From Anthoceros angustus (Eukaryota; Plantae; Anthocerotophyta): a stretch of 64,000 nucleotides of DNA. The notes under the pieces are model-generated. The model was not told the DNA's origin. It ran no database searches and saw nothing but the letters and a program-made list of their open reading frames with translations. Positions 49,885 to 63,339 of the stretch are shown piece after piece. The translations under genes and the position numbers were made by a program. Position 1 is the first letter of the stretch; every line of letters starts with the position of its first letter. The stretch spans positions 186,001-250,000 of the forward strand of contig MU008191.1 in the NCBI GenBank assembly GCA_010909165.1. Reading direction: 5' to 3'.

Positions 49885-51848
49885 TCGACTGCTTATGGTA
49901 ACCCACACACACATCTCATCGTAACTGCAGGAGCGGATTTCACGCGGGACCCTGCCAGAGAGAACAGAATGAAATTGAATCGGGTTAATGCAAGTTTAAC
50001 CCTAGGTCAAGTGAGCTTTTCAAGGTACGTATCTTACCATGTGAGTTGCTGATGTTGCCAAGGCAGGGAAGGACTCCTTTGTTATGACGTCTAAGCTGTT
50101 GGGATTCAAGGAACGCTGTTTTGGCGCAAGTCTCTTGCGATCATCTTGGACACCTCAATCCCTGCGTCAAATCCTCTGTGAACCAAGAATTTTCAACCAG
50201 CCTCCCTTTGCCAGATTTCACAGAACGTGTTCATACTGGAGCCGTTAGATTCCTCGGATTGAACCACATCCGCAAGCCTCCTCCACAGCTGGTTACGTCT
50301 GGCACGATTAGGGTTCAAGTCCAAGCCTCGAACTTGCAACATGATGTCAGCCTGCAAAGTGCAAATTGCATCCAACAGTTCGGATTCAGACAAGATCTGG
50401 TTATCGACCTCACACCTTCGTGTCCTGTGCGGCTGAGAGAAAACCTGTTGTCGGACATCTCAATCTGAGAAATCGGTACAAGCGGGGAAGCCAGGCAGGC
50501 TCGCAAAGGCGATGGCTGTGTTCACCAGGCCAACTACAGGAGCTTGGCCTGGTGCTACGCATCCATCGCCTCTGATAACCTAAGCCGGCGATTGCAGCAT
50601 GCGGAACATGGAAAGGGAAACCTAAAACGGGTCGCTTGTCAACTCCTTCAGTTTGCAAGGGCCCAGATCGAGCTAGTGTGGGAGCGCTCCGGCTTCTCGG
50701 TGTCCACATGCGTTGATGCTCCCACGACAGCGTCGTATTGTTGCTCCACAGTCGCCAACGGCATGTCTTGACTGCGTTAAGGATCGTCCACAGCCTGCTC
50801 TGCCTCGAAAGAGCATCCCTCGCAGCAGCCATAATAACCAGCCGTAGCTCTTCCACAAAGCCCGTAGTGCGAGGGAAAGCCGTCAAGGACTCCAATCCTA
50901 CCACAAGATCATCCCGGCAGGCGAAGTGCGCTTCTTCCGTGACCGAAAGCTGGAGAACTCTCGCGCTGGACAGTAGCACCTGGCCACGGCACGCGAGCAG
51001 GCAATTTGCTCAAGGATGTTGGACAGGAAAGATACCGTGCTCCACTGGCAACTCCGCTGACACCCTAATAACTCCGGTTGCCGAACGGATCCAATGTTCG
51101 GCTAAAAGAACGTGGTGGTGAAAGCACAGTATACATATGACACACGAGAGACATTCCCAACATGTTTCCGACATCTGTAAATACTGTGCAGGACGTGCGG
51201 CGTGCCATCCAAGTTGAGCAAGTTTCCTCTCGGTACTCGAGACATGCTTCCTCCGATGTCATCCTCCCCTCGGCAGAAACTAAGCCACATGCATACCTCT
51301 TGTGGAACAGGAGTCTTCAGCGCGTACAACTTGCTATAGAACTAGGTCATCCAAACACCGCGGACAGAACTGGCAAGGCGGCCTTCCCTCACAGTCTGTG
51401 TCCGCCACTCCAAATTTTCCAAAGGCGCTCAAGCGACTCCACGGCTTCTTCGTCTCGTACGTAACTGCGTCCTTCCACAGGAAGGATCACACGCTTGGAG
51501 TTGCTCAACGACAAAGGCTCCACAAAGGACATATGTTACATCATAAAATACAAGAGCAACAACCACCCGCCGGAGCAGAGGACGAAGACCAGGGGAAGTG
51601 TCCCGGATCTCTCATGCTCATTCCTACGGACACGCCTGCCAGTAACTAAGTTCTGTACGTAAAGTGAAGCCGACAAATTACGAGGGGAGTGAAAGGAAGA
51701 TCAGGTTCCTCTACGTAGATCTAGCCACAAAACCGTCAGCGAATCGTAGAACGAAACACAGCGCGCGAGCTGTACATCACGGCAACATGTCGCCGTTCCT
51801 CCCTGACGCGTAAACTGAAGCCGTTACAGAATTTACTCATGACCAATG

Positions 51849-54800
51849 TCACTGCTCTTTCATCGTCGAATCCCTTCCCGTTTGTAAGAGCAGGTCGTAA
51901 TTGATGGATGCTAACTGCGAGAGGTTCTGCAACATTGGACACAGGACGTCAGTGAGCCATCAGCGCATCGTTCACATGACAACGGAGCCAGGAGTCATGG
52001 GACTTACTTTGAAAGAAAAATTGCTGAACGAATATTTTACAGAAGGCGTAATCTCGAACTCGGCAAGATCCCGGCATTCATCACCCTGCGGGCGAGTACT
52101 TGTCAGATGACTTGCTCTGCGTCACCACACCTAAACGTTCAAGCAGAACCTCGAATTGTTATAATCAAAGCACAAACTTACTCCCTCTTGGCCGCTGCCG
52201 ACCGTGGTGGTGCTATCACCACTACTGCTTTCGTAGTCACTTGAGTCACCTATCTCCTGCTCCGAAAACGCATGTGTCTCTGAAGCATTCCATACGTGAC
52301 GTGACGTGAAGTAGCTGGTGTCGTGTGCTGTGTCAGGACTCGGGATGAATGCTGCCTGTACATCGCCATGTGCATGAGATGTTGGATACTTCAACAGAAC
52401 CTCAACTGGAATAAGACCTTGATGATCTCTGTACCTTTTGTCTTGCGAGTGTATCCCAATTGATATGCTTGAAGAAAGGATGAGCTTTAACCTGTTAACA
52501 GCAGCAATACGTTCGTTTCTGTAACAGTTTTCTGGACAAAGGAAAGTGCACGTCTGTATACACTGAGTGCATACAAGATACCACGGTGTAGGCATCTCTG
52601 TTACCTCTGCAGCTCCCTTCGCACCAAGTCGCTGATTGGGATCCCAAGTGAGAAGCCTGTGTCATGGAGCAAAGAACATGCAAAATATGAGAATATGGAA
52701 ATATGCTTCCTGAGTGCTTCCTAGCTCCTGTAATCAAAACAGGCCACCTCTCTCATCTCGGTCACATTGCTGAACCACTTTGAAGACCTCTTTACCTGTC
52801 GATCAAGTCTTGCGCCTCAAAGGACATGTGATCGGGTACAAGAGGCCAGGGTATGTTCCTATTGAGAATATTGTCAAAAATGATCTGCACCAAAATCACG
52901 AGTTAAGACTTCTTGCTTCTTCAGATTATGGACTGCAGTTCTGAGCTAATGGTTGGTCATATCATGCTGTTGTTGGCTAAATCAGCCAAAGATAGCCAGA
53001 AACAGAGTCCTTCAAGATCAACTATATTCACCTGAGGATGTTCTGCATTGAAAGGTGGAATGCCTACAAGACATTCAAAGAGGATAACACCAGTTGACCA
53101 CCAGTCCACCGTGTAGCCTGCAAATAGGATGAGCACATTCATGCCCCTCATCTTCTGACAGTAGCACATTGCTTTAACGGAATGTTCCCAAGGCACTCTC
53201 GATTGCATCCATCTTCCTGCTAATTACACCTCAGACACGATCAACCCCGACAGGATTCAACTCACCATGCCCTGTGCCCAGAAGTATTTCTGGTGCGAGA
53301 TAGTCAGGGGTACCAACAGCTGATCGCTCCCTTTTCTGTTCTTTTTGCTGAGAATTTCCTGATGAGGTATTACTACAATCCTCAGCAAGCTTCGGTTTGC
53401 TTGCAGCTGGCCCTGATAGATCTTCAGTGCTGTTGATAAGACCAACCCTTGAAAGACCAAAATCTGTCAGCTGCATCACACACTCTGTGTCAGCCCCGTT
53501 CAACGTGCCACATTTGACAGCTTTTGCCAGCACCAACAAGGTGCAGACATGTGTCACCTTTATGTGCCCATCATGAGCTATTAGAAGATTGTCTGGCTTC
53601 AGATCCCGATGCACCACTCCAAGTGAATGCAGATATTCAAGAGCCAGCACCTGGAAAGAATGAGAACTTATGACCTTGAGAGCTCATGATACAGAGCACT
53701 TTGAATGACAGCCTATACAACCTATGCTATTCAGAGCTCCCTCGGATCTGAGAGGGAAACCTAAGTGTACCACGTCACAGCTGTGAGCAACAATAAAAAC
53801 AAGCATTGCATCTCAAGTAAGTTTGCTGGGGGAAGGCAATGGCTAACCAGCTCTGCAATGTAGATACGAGCCATGTCCTCCTCCAGGCATCCCAAGTTCC
53901 TTAACATGGAGTACAGGTCACCTCCATTCAAGTACTCCATGACAAGGTAAAGGTTGTCCTTGCACGTGAATGAATAGAAAAATCGTACCTATAGAAGGAA
54001 ACTCGCCTAATTAAGGACAAAAATGAGCAGCAAGACAGGTTGAGGGGCTTGCTACTTCAGCCATACTATAGACATGGCACAGAGCCAAGGGTTTGCACCA
54101 TGAAAGGGTTGCGAGCACTGATCAAAATGTTACGCTCAGCTTGCACACTTTCCACTGCGTTTTTCCTGATCATATGTAACTTCCTCAGCACCTACAGAAA
54201 AACATCACAAGGACAGGTCAAGACTGGTGTTGCAGTGCTATCATGATGCACTGACATGTCACCTACAACATCAGAGCATTCTGTTGACACATTGACAAAT
54301 GTCGAAGCAGGAGGCATAGACAGAAGGACTAATTAACCATCCATGACGTCCATTCAGACAAACCCTGACCTTGATAGCAAAAAGATCGCCTGTTGTCCTC
54401 TTTCTTGCTAGAAACACCCTACCATAAGCACCTCGACTGATTGGTTTAATGATTTCGAAGTCATCTTTGGTGGTCCGGTCCTTGTAAGCAGGATGAACAG
54501 GGGTGGACCTAAAACCATCATCTTCGAATTGGCCCTCTGGATCATGCTCACAACTTGCTGCATCGGAGATACTCCCTTCCGCGGCATCGCAGACCATACA
54601 GTATTTGTCCCTGCCATGTTACCAAAACCGAAGTGAGCTGATTTTTGTTGATTCTTGCAACCTTGTGAACCATCGAAAAGTCAATTCCATGTATCTCACA
54701 ACACTTTGATCGGCAACAAAGATGTAATTTATTTGGACACCTCCATTATACCGTACCTCAAAAGTCTTCGAATCCGCCTTCCAAAAGTGTCCACTGTAAG

Positions 54801-57735
54801 GGCTGCAGTCTTGCTTTGCTGAAGGACGTCTTCCAGGTCTTGTATGCAGGAGTCTAGGTACTCCAACACCCCACCATCTGATGTGTTTGCATTTGCAGCA
54901 CATCTGGCAATGTCAGCTAGCTCATTGATCTGTGCACGACAACAATTAGTGGGTCAGACCTGAGCCTGGTTGCCAAAATTGGACGGAATCAGCAAATAAT
55001 TGCACCCTAAAATGTGCAGAAACCCAGGAAGGTAATGTTCGACCTGCATAAGATCTTCAGCATCAGCAAGATGGATCCGATCACCCATTGACAGATCCAT
55101 CACACTTGTCGGTGTAACAAGAGGAGATGCTGTGGAAGAAGTCGAACTTTGCTCAGACCTTGGACGAGCTTGCCCATTAACCGGATGCTCAAATTCCTCA
55201 GCCCCTCCGTTATCCTGGATATCCTCCATCATGTGCTTGCCCCTATCATGAAGTGCTCCTGTTGGATCATGAAACCAATCCACACCTTCAGAGTGGGAAA
55301 GCTTCATATTTTCATTAAAGCCATTTGACCCACTCTGTGCGCTATTTGCGTTGTGGAAATCGGTTGACTTTTCCAGAATCATGGCGAGTCTCAGTAACCT
55401 CTCATCTACACTCAAAGCTTTGTGGTCGCACCTATCCGCACAAGCACATATGTGAGAGTGCTCCTCCAAACACAAGCTAGGGACTTCGTCTTCACAAATT
55501 CTACAAATGACCGGACAGTTGTCATCCAAGATGTTTGGTTGGTCGCCCCAATAACCCCATGCGACTCTATGGTGTTGAGAAGTCCTAGAAGCATGCATCT
55601 CAACATCCTTGGAAAAGGGTTTCACATTAGACGTCTTTCCTTTTCTTTCTACATGGGATTCGCCTAAAAACGTTTGCACTTTTTCAGAAGAGGTCTGATG
55701 TGCAGAACTTGATGAAGCAGCACTTGATAGACTTGACCCAGCCGACTTCTGCCAAGTTAAAACCCTGTCAGATACAGTACTATCCACCCGCTTGCCCCTC
55801 ACAACTCCAGACTCGCTTCCGACATGCTGCACAGATTTAGAAACGCCAGTTTCGCTGATTGCTTGACCAGGCCAATCTGTGATGACGCTCGCATCAGAAC
55901 TTCCTCCTGGTGCAACACCCCTCCTGATGTCCGGGAAGGACGATTTTGCATTTTCATGGATAGTCCATGCTCTATCAAATGTTGGTCTATCAAATGTTGG
56001 AGCTTCGCTTTTCCCATTCTCCTGGAGAGTCCATGCTCTATCAAGTGACGGAACTTCCCTGAAGTTCTTATGGAATCTGTGAAGAGCACCACCTTCATTT
56101 AAAGCATTCTCTTTCTGTAACTGCAGCAGCCTTGTACACCGTGTCAAAATAAATAGCATCCGCGTATGAAGCTGTTTCAAGATACCCATTGGCAGCTCTT
56201 GTCGCCTGTCATCTAAATCCTGAACGATGGCCTCACACTCCTCCCGGAAATCCGTTTGAGACATCATAGCACACCTCCGTGCCAAGACCAACAAGTCCTC
56301 AATGCCCTCTTGCAAGTGTGGCTGGGAGTGCTCACTTGACTCAAGCATTTCCACAAGATTTCCAGCAAAAACTTCTAGTTCCGAATCAACTTCCTCTTTC
56401 ACAGAAACAAATCGAGATTGAAGAGCATCCAAAATCTCCTGCAAAAGTCACATCCTGATTCAACATCAAACGTTCTGCCAAAAACTTTCACTTTCCTGAT
56501 CTGCAACAGATATTTCAAGATCCACCAAGCACACAGACGATGGTTTGCTAATCTAACCTCTACGTTCGAGCTGTGAGGCCTCCAGAAATCACCAAGCCGA
56601 ACACCCTTTGGATCAAGCTCATGTGAAAAGCTTTTGATATCCTTCAGTGGCTTTGACTTTCCTCCTGTCATCCTTAATAATGCTTGGAAGCGTGGCGACT
56701 CTGTCTCTTTGGGAGCATCCGACTGGCTCATTGGGCTCTGAGCAAAGAGAGAAAAAGAGACAAGCAAGACCCAGTCGTTTGAGCTCAGCATAAGCTTTTG
56801 AAAAAAGGTAGGCGGGACAGCAAAGCAAGGGCTGAGCTGAACCCAGCTACCTCATTATCAGACGAATCCAAATCACCAGCTCGATTACTCTGTCCGACGT
56901 TCACAGCCTTGATAGACAGGGTTTCAACATCAGAAGCCATCTGCGTATACGCAGACTCCAAAACCCCTGCTTTCGGCGCTGACACGTTCCTCGTACTGTC
57001 ACGACCAAGCTTCTCATCAGGCTGCAAAACAAGATGCGTCAGTTCGAAGCCAACAACCCCATGCTGCCTACAAACAAGCTTCCAAGGGCAAGCACCAACC
57101 TTGGCTGCATCCAGGCAAGACGACGATTCAAAAGCAGTTGTGTCGCGTCCTGTCCTAAAGCCACCGTCGGAAAACCTCCTATGGCCTTCTACAGCCCGCC
57201 CAGGCTTGAGACGCGTCCTCTCTTCGGCCTTGGCCCGCCGATCCACTTTGGCATCCGCATTCGTTCCCGCAAACAGAATCAGCGGCCCCGACCGCGTGTG
57301 AATCCGGTTGAGCCTGGAAAAGTTGGGGGAGTAAAGACGTCCCTCAAAACTCGATTCTGGCTCTGCGTGGCCCGGCGCAGTGGGAATTTGTGGCCTCTCT
57401 CGCTGCACCTTCCACTTCGAAGGAGGCTTCTCTGCAGATGCTACATGCCTTGCACTCGCTGCCTGCGGCCCATCCCCATCTCGAGCAGCAGCTGTTCTGG
57501 AGCCCAGCACACCCTTCCCTTTCAGCTCGCCCGCCCGCACCTTGCTATCTACCGCCCTGCTGGACTCCCTGGACGAATCCTGGTTGCTGGACAAGTGCCC
57601 CTTGGAGAAGGAATGCGCCTCGTCAGCCCCCTTCCTGTGGCTGCTGCTCCCGTCATCCCTGCCACCCTCCGCGCCCTTGCTCCGCCCCTCCTTGCCCTTG
57701 AGCAGGCCCAACCCCACCTTGCCCAGCCCCTTCAT
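51849..57735 (-). CDS. IRE: IRE/IREH1-family AGC kinase (Greatwall/MAST-like), multi-exon
   Basis: [44 protein letters not shown]...HSHIC zinc finger, [66 protein letters not shown]|[13 protein letters not shown]...*. Confidence 0.95.
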
Positions 57736-58799
57736 GATACAAGGCCAGCTGCAGGAATCCTAAAACTGGCAACCTGATCAACGCAAGCAACATCAACTCC
57801 ACCTCCCTCTACAGCATGGTACAAGCTGCGCAACGCCTAAGCGCAGCGATTCCCCTCATCCTCATTCCATCCCTCTACCTGCATGCTGAGAAAATGGTGA
57901 GGGGAAGGGGGAAGCAAACAGACACGCATTCTACTCAGCCTGCATCACCCACAAACTCATTGCCTAATCTTTAGTGTCAAAAAACTCCATGCCAGAAGCA
58001 TGGTCACCGGTTCCAGCCTCCCAGCTCTGCCCAAGCCCAAGCTGGAGCTGCAGGCAAGCTGCATGACAGCGGGCACTGCCACACCCAATTCACAAAACCC
58101 GATTAAATTTGGCTCACTCGGAACCCGAGAGAGAGAGGAGTTGGGCAGCCCAGCTTCCGTTTGTGTTCACGACCGGCCCTCATCACGGAGCTGACCTGCA
58201 GACAGACAGGGCAGCGCACTGGCAGGCGACAGGGGCAGTAGGTAGCATGCTGGGCTGATTCAGGCAAAAGGGAAATGCGAATGCAACCGCGTGGATTGGC
58301 ATTGACGAGAGGAAGTGCAGGTACTCCTTCATGCCATTTCTCGGCGTGCTGCCGGGGTCGGTGCTTCCCGTGCCGGCACGGGGTTCTGGGTCAAGCTTGA
58401 CTGCAGACGCAGTCAAGGTTCCCCGGCCTGCCATTGGCTCTCCCTGCTCCTTCCTCAGTTTTGCTTATAAGCAACCCTAAGCTACATTCCATCTTTCTCT
58501 ACACCTCGTCAATGTAGATGCTGAGATCACGTTGTAACGTCACACCTCTGATCAATTGGACTTTTTCACATTAAATTACACTCAAACTAGGTAGTTGGTG
58601 TGCACTAACCGTTGTACTAACAACCGAAGTATCACAGAAGATATAGGTTGGTAACATTTTCTCCATCATGTTTTCATGGTGTGATGAGAAATTAGGTGAT
58701 GGCTCTGTGGGACTCATTCTTGGAACTCGTTTCGAGAAGATATCTTGAAATCAGGAAACAATCGAAGTCAGGCCACTTGGGTCCAATTGCTCTACAAAG

Positions 58800-59100
58800 T
58801 CTGGATGGGAACAAGCCTCTTGGTCTTGCCCATGATGTGCATACCCAGAGGGAACAAGCCTCTTGGTGAGCCCATGATGTGCATACCCAGATATCAAGGC
58901 ATTTCATGTCACGCCAAGGTGTGCAAAAGCCTTTCATGCACCTTGATCACCACATTTTGCATGTAAACATGTCCACCAGGCAGTTGCCAACAAATAAACT
59001 AGTTAGGACTGCCACTGTGCAACACATCACTCTGCTGTTTTCTGCCACATTCCAAGTCCGCAGCGACTGCCCAAGCTTGATGCTTGATACGTGAGCATTC
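58800..59100 (-). pseudogene. Degenerate PPR fragment (duplicated at about 61480-61780)
   Basis: LFVGNCLVDM.. KCG ... *NALISGYAHHG, with frameshifts and a short internal duplication. Confidence 0.75.
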
Positions 59101-60099
59101 GCATGCACGTACACCAGAGCTACTCGTGATGCTCGCGATCTGGTTTCCATATTTGGGTTCGGAGATTATGGAACCCACATGAAGTTTGCTTATCCTGGTG
59201 AACACATCCATCGTCGCTTCCAAGTTTGGTATCCGGTGCCCCACAGCCACTCAGCCTTAGCTGCACATAGCATTCTTCTCATGAAAGAGAGATTGAGAAG
59301 CAAGACAAGCCTGTCTGCGCAAGGGACAACGGCCCCATTAAAAAAATTTCCCCTGTCAGGCTCAGGCCTATAAGGAACGGATGTGCGGGCTTGGAAGGAT
59401 ATGTGGATGAGGCATCGTGTTTGGATACGCGGATGAGGCATCCCTTCAACGACGTTATTAGATCCAGTTCCTCCGTCTCGTCTCAGGTTCACTGAGATGA
59501 TGCTGGTGACTGGCGTTGTCGTCCTCAGCTGAATACCCACGGGAAAGCACAGAAGAAACATGAGCGCGTTAATTCTCGAACACCAGAGGAATGGTCGATT
59601 CGAAGCATATTGGACCAGCTTCAAGTCGGTAGGCTTTCATCTTCTTTGGAGGAAATGTGAGACTGGTTACACTGTGAGGCTGATCAGTGGCTGGTAAACA
59701 CCTCACGAACTGATGAATATCTTCGTTGTTTAGAAATGATCTACACTTGCACTTGAGGACTTGGTTGCTCAATCCTCCTGTTACCTATCTCTGTGTTGAG
59801 CGGTTCCCGACATCGGAGGTACATTATTACAGAAGCACATGGAAAGATGTGGACTACCGATTTGCCTGCTTTGCCAAGCAAGCAGGAGAAGGAGCGCCAG
59901 CGAGGGATAGAAGCAAAGCGACAAATGACACCCTTTGCATATGGCATATACTGAGTAGGAGCTATAGGTACTGTGCTTGAGATTTGTCACTAGAATCGAT
60001 CAAGGTGATGAAGAGCTTAGAGCCATATGCATGGGCGGATGATGCTTCCCTCAAGTGTTAGATCTCTGTAGGAGACCAAGACAATGGCCCTTCCTGGGC

Positions 60100-60324
60100 T
60101 CAAGCTGGCCTGCCTTCCTAGCCCAGGATGGAGAGCCATAGTCTTGAGGGCTATGGCCCTTCCTGGGCCTTTTGCCAACGATCTCCGGCTTGACTCCATT
60201 GTCCTTTGTCCGTCATCGTCTCCCTCCGGCTCGTCCGCACCGTTCTTCCTGTCATCATCGCCATCGCCCTCCGGCTCGTCCGCACCGTTCTTCCTGTCAT
60301 CATCGCCATCGCCTCCGTCTCGTC
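60100..60324 (-). pseudogene. 5'-truncated copy of the secreted acidic-repeat protein gene (2 repeat units)
   Basis: Matches about 62770-63090 but lacks the signal peptide and two 45-nt units. It is cut at the 60312-60324 junction. Confidence 0.85.
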
Positions 60325-62823
60325 TCAGGTTCACTGAGATGATGCTGGTGACTGGCGTTGTCGTCCTCAGCTGAATACCCACGGGAAAGCACAGAAGAAA
60401 CATGAGCGCGTTAATTCTCGAACACCAGAGGAATGGTCGATTCGAAGCATATTGGACCAGCTTCAAGTCGGTAGGCTTTCATCTTCTTTGGAGGAAATGT
60501 GAGACTGGTTACACTGTGAGGCTGATCAGTGGCTGGTAAACACCTCACGAACTGATGAATATCTTCGTTGTTTAGAAATGATCTACACTTGCACTTGAGG
60601 ACTTGGTTGCTCAATCCTCCTGTTACCTATCTCTGTGTTGAGCGGTTCCCGACATCGGAGGTACATTATTACAGAAGCATGGTCACCGGTTCCAGCCTCC
60701 CAGCTCTGCCCAAGCCCAAGCTGGAGCTGCAGGCAAGCTGCATGACAGCGGGCACTGCCACACCCAATTCACAAAACCCGATTAAATTTGGCTCACTCGG
60801 AACCCGAGAGAGAGAGGAGTTGGGCAGCCCAGCTTCCGTTTGTGTTCACGACCGGCCCTCATCACGGAGCTGACCTGCAGACAGACAGGGCAGCGCACTG
60901 GCAGGCGACAGGGGCAGTAGGTAGCATGCTGGGCTGATTCAGGCAAAAGGGAAATGCGAATGCAACCGCGTGGATTGGCATTGACGAGAGGAAGTGCAGG
61001 TACTCCTTCATGCCATTTCTCGGCGTGCTGCCGGGGTCGGTGCTTCCCGTGCCGGCACGGGGTTCTGGGTCAAGCTTGACTGCAGACGCAGTCAAGGTTC
61101 CCCGGCCTGCCATTGGCTCTCCCTGCTCCTTCCTCAGTTTTGCTTATAAGCAACCCTAAGCTACATTCCATCTTTCTCTACACCTCGTCAATGTAGATGC
61201 TGAGATCACGTTGTAACGTCACACCTCTGATCAATTGGACTTTTTCACATTAAATTACACTCAAACTAGGTAGTTGGTGTGCACTAACCGTTGTACTAAC
61301 AACCGAAGTATCACAGAAGATATAGGTTGGTAACATTTTCTCCATCATGTTTTCATGGTGTGATGAGAAATTAGGTGATGGCTCTGTGGGACTCATTCTT
61401 GGAACTCGTTTCGAGAAGATATCTTGAAATCAGGAAACAATCGAAGTCAGGCCACTTGGGTCCAATTGCTCTACAAAGTCTGGATGGGAACAAGCCTCTT
61501 GGTCTTGCCCATGATGTGCATACCCAGAGGGAACAAGCCTCTTGGTGAGCCCATGATGTGCATACCCAGATATCAAGGCATTTCATGTCACGCCAAGGTG
61601 TGCAAAAGCCTTTCATGCACCTTGATCACCACATTTTGCATGTAAACATGTCCACCAGGCAGTTGCCAACAAATAAACTAGTTAGGACTGCCACTGTGCA
61701 ACACATCACTCTGCTGTTTTCTGCCACATTCCAAGTCCGCAGCGACTGCCCAAGCTTGATGCTTGATACGTGAGCATTCGCATGCACGTACACCAGAGCT
61801 ACTCGTGATGCTCGCGATCTGGTTTCCATATTTGGGTTCGGAGATTATGGAACCCACATGAAGTTTGCTTATCCTGGTGAACACATCCATCGTCGCTTCC
61901 AAGTTTGGTATCCGGTGCCCACAGCCACTCAGCCTTAGCTGCACATAGCATTCTTCTCATGAAAGAGATTGAGAAGCAAGACAAGCCTGTCTGCGCAAGG
62001 GACAACGGCCCCATTAAAAATTTCCCTGTCAGGCTCAGGCCTATAAGGAACGGATGTGCGGGCTTGGAAGGATATGTGGATGAGGCATCGTGTTTGGATA
62101 CGCGGATGAGGCATCCCTTCAACGACGTTATTAGATCCAGTTCCTCCGTCTCGTCTCAGGTTCACTGAGATGATGCTGGTGACTGGCGTTGTCGTCCTCA
62201 GCTGAATACCCACGGGAAAGCACAGAAGAAACATGAGCGCGTTAATTCTCGAACACCAGAGGAATGGTCGATTCGAAGCATATTGGACCAGCTTCAAGTC
62301 GGTAGGCTTTCATCTTCTTTGGAGGAAATGTGAGACTGGTTACACTGTGAGGCTGATCAGTGGCTGGTAAACACCTCACGAACTGATGAATATCTTCGTT
62401 GTTTAGAAATGATCTACACTTGCACTTGAGGACTTGGTTGCTCAATCCTCCTGTTACCTATCTCTGTGTTGAGCGGTTCCCGACATCGGAGGTACATTAT
62501 TACAGAAGCACATGGAAAGATGTGGATCATTGATTTGCCTGCTTTGCCAAGCAAGCAGGAGAAGGAGCGCCAGCGAGGATAGAAGCAAAGCGACAAATGA
62601 CACCCTTTGCATATGGCATATACTGAGTAGGAGCTATAGGTACTGTGCTTGAGATTTGTCACTAGAATCGATCAAGGTGATGAAGAGCTTAGAGCCATAT
62701 GCATGGGCGGATGATGCTTCCCTCAAGTGTTAGATCTCTGTAGGAGACCAAGACAATGGCCCTTCCTGGGCTCAAGCTGGGCCTGCCTTCCTAGCCCAGG
62801 ATGGAGAGCCATAGTCTTGAGGG

Positions 62824-63339
62824 CTATGGCCCTTCCTGGGCCTTTTTGCCAACGATCTCCGGCTTGACTCCATTGTCCTTTTGTCCGTCATCGTCTCCCT
62901 CCGGCTCGTCTGCTCCGTTCTTCCTGTCATCATCGCCATCGCCCTCTGGCTCGTCTGCTCCGTTCTTTCTGTCATCATCGCCATCGCCCTCCGGCTCGTC
63001 CGCACCGTTCTTCCTGTCATCATCGCCATCGCCCTCCGGCTCGTCTGCTCCGTTCTTCCTGTCATCATCGCCATCGCCCTCCGTCTCGTCCCCTCCCTCC
63101 TTCTCTTCTCCTGCTTCGCCAGCGATTTTGGCAACAGGCTTGGGCAAGTATCCAGCTCCGAGGGGTCCCGCGTTCGCAGACGTGTGCGCCAACTCGCTTG
63201 TGCCGCCTTTGACAGCATCATGCGGCTCCGCCAGCATTTTGCGTCCCTTGTTGTCAGCGATGGCCAATTGGAGCGAAATGGAAACAAGCAGCAGCACCGC
63301 CATCGCCGCGAAGGCAGCATTGCTCATGAAGCGAGCCAT
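62824..63339 (-). CDS. Secreted acidic repeat protein: signal peptide, RKML pro-motif, (EGDGDDDRKNGADEP)x4
   Basis: MARFMSNAAFAAMAVLLLVSISLQLAIA-DNKGRKMLAE... followed by four 45-nt repeats that differ only at synonymous positions. The C-terminus depends on a homopolymer length. Confidence 0.75.
   Translation of the reverse strand: MARFMSNAAFAAMAVLLLVSISLQLAIADNKGRKMLAEPHDAVKGGTSELAHTSANAGPLGAGYLPKPVAKIAGEAGEEKEGGDETEGDGDDDRKNGADEPEGDGDDDRKNGADEPEGDGDDDRKNGADEPEGDGDDDRKNGADEPEGDDDGQKDNGVKPEIVGKKAQEGP

Larger units (their letters stand above)
57993..63090. repeat. Recent complex tandem duplication (offset 2679 bp) with an internally triplicated segment of about 370 bp
   Basis: 57993-60324 is nearly identical to 60672-63090. 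Segment 59470-59837 recurs at 60312-60679 (offset 842) and again at about 62143-62510. Confidence 0.95.
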
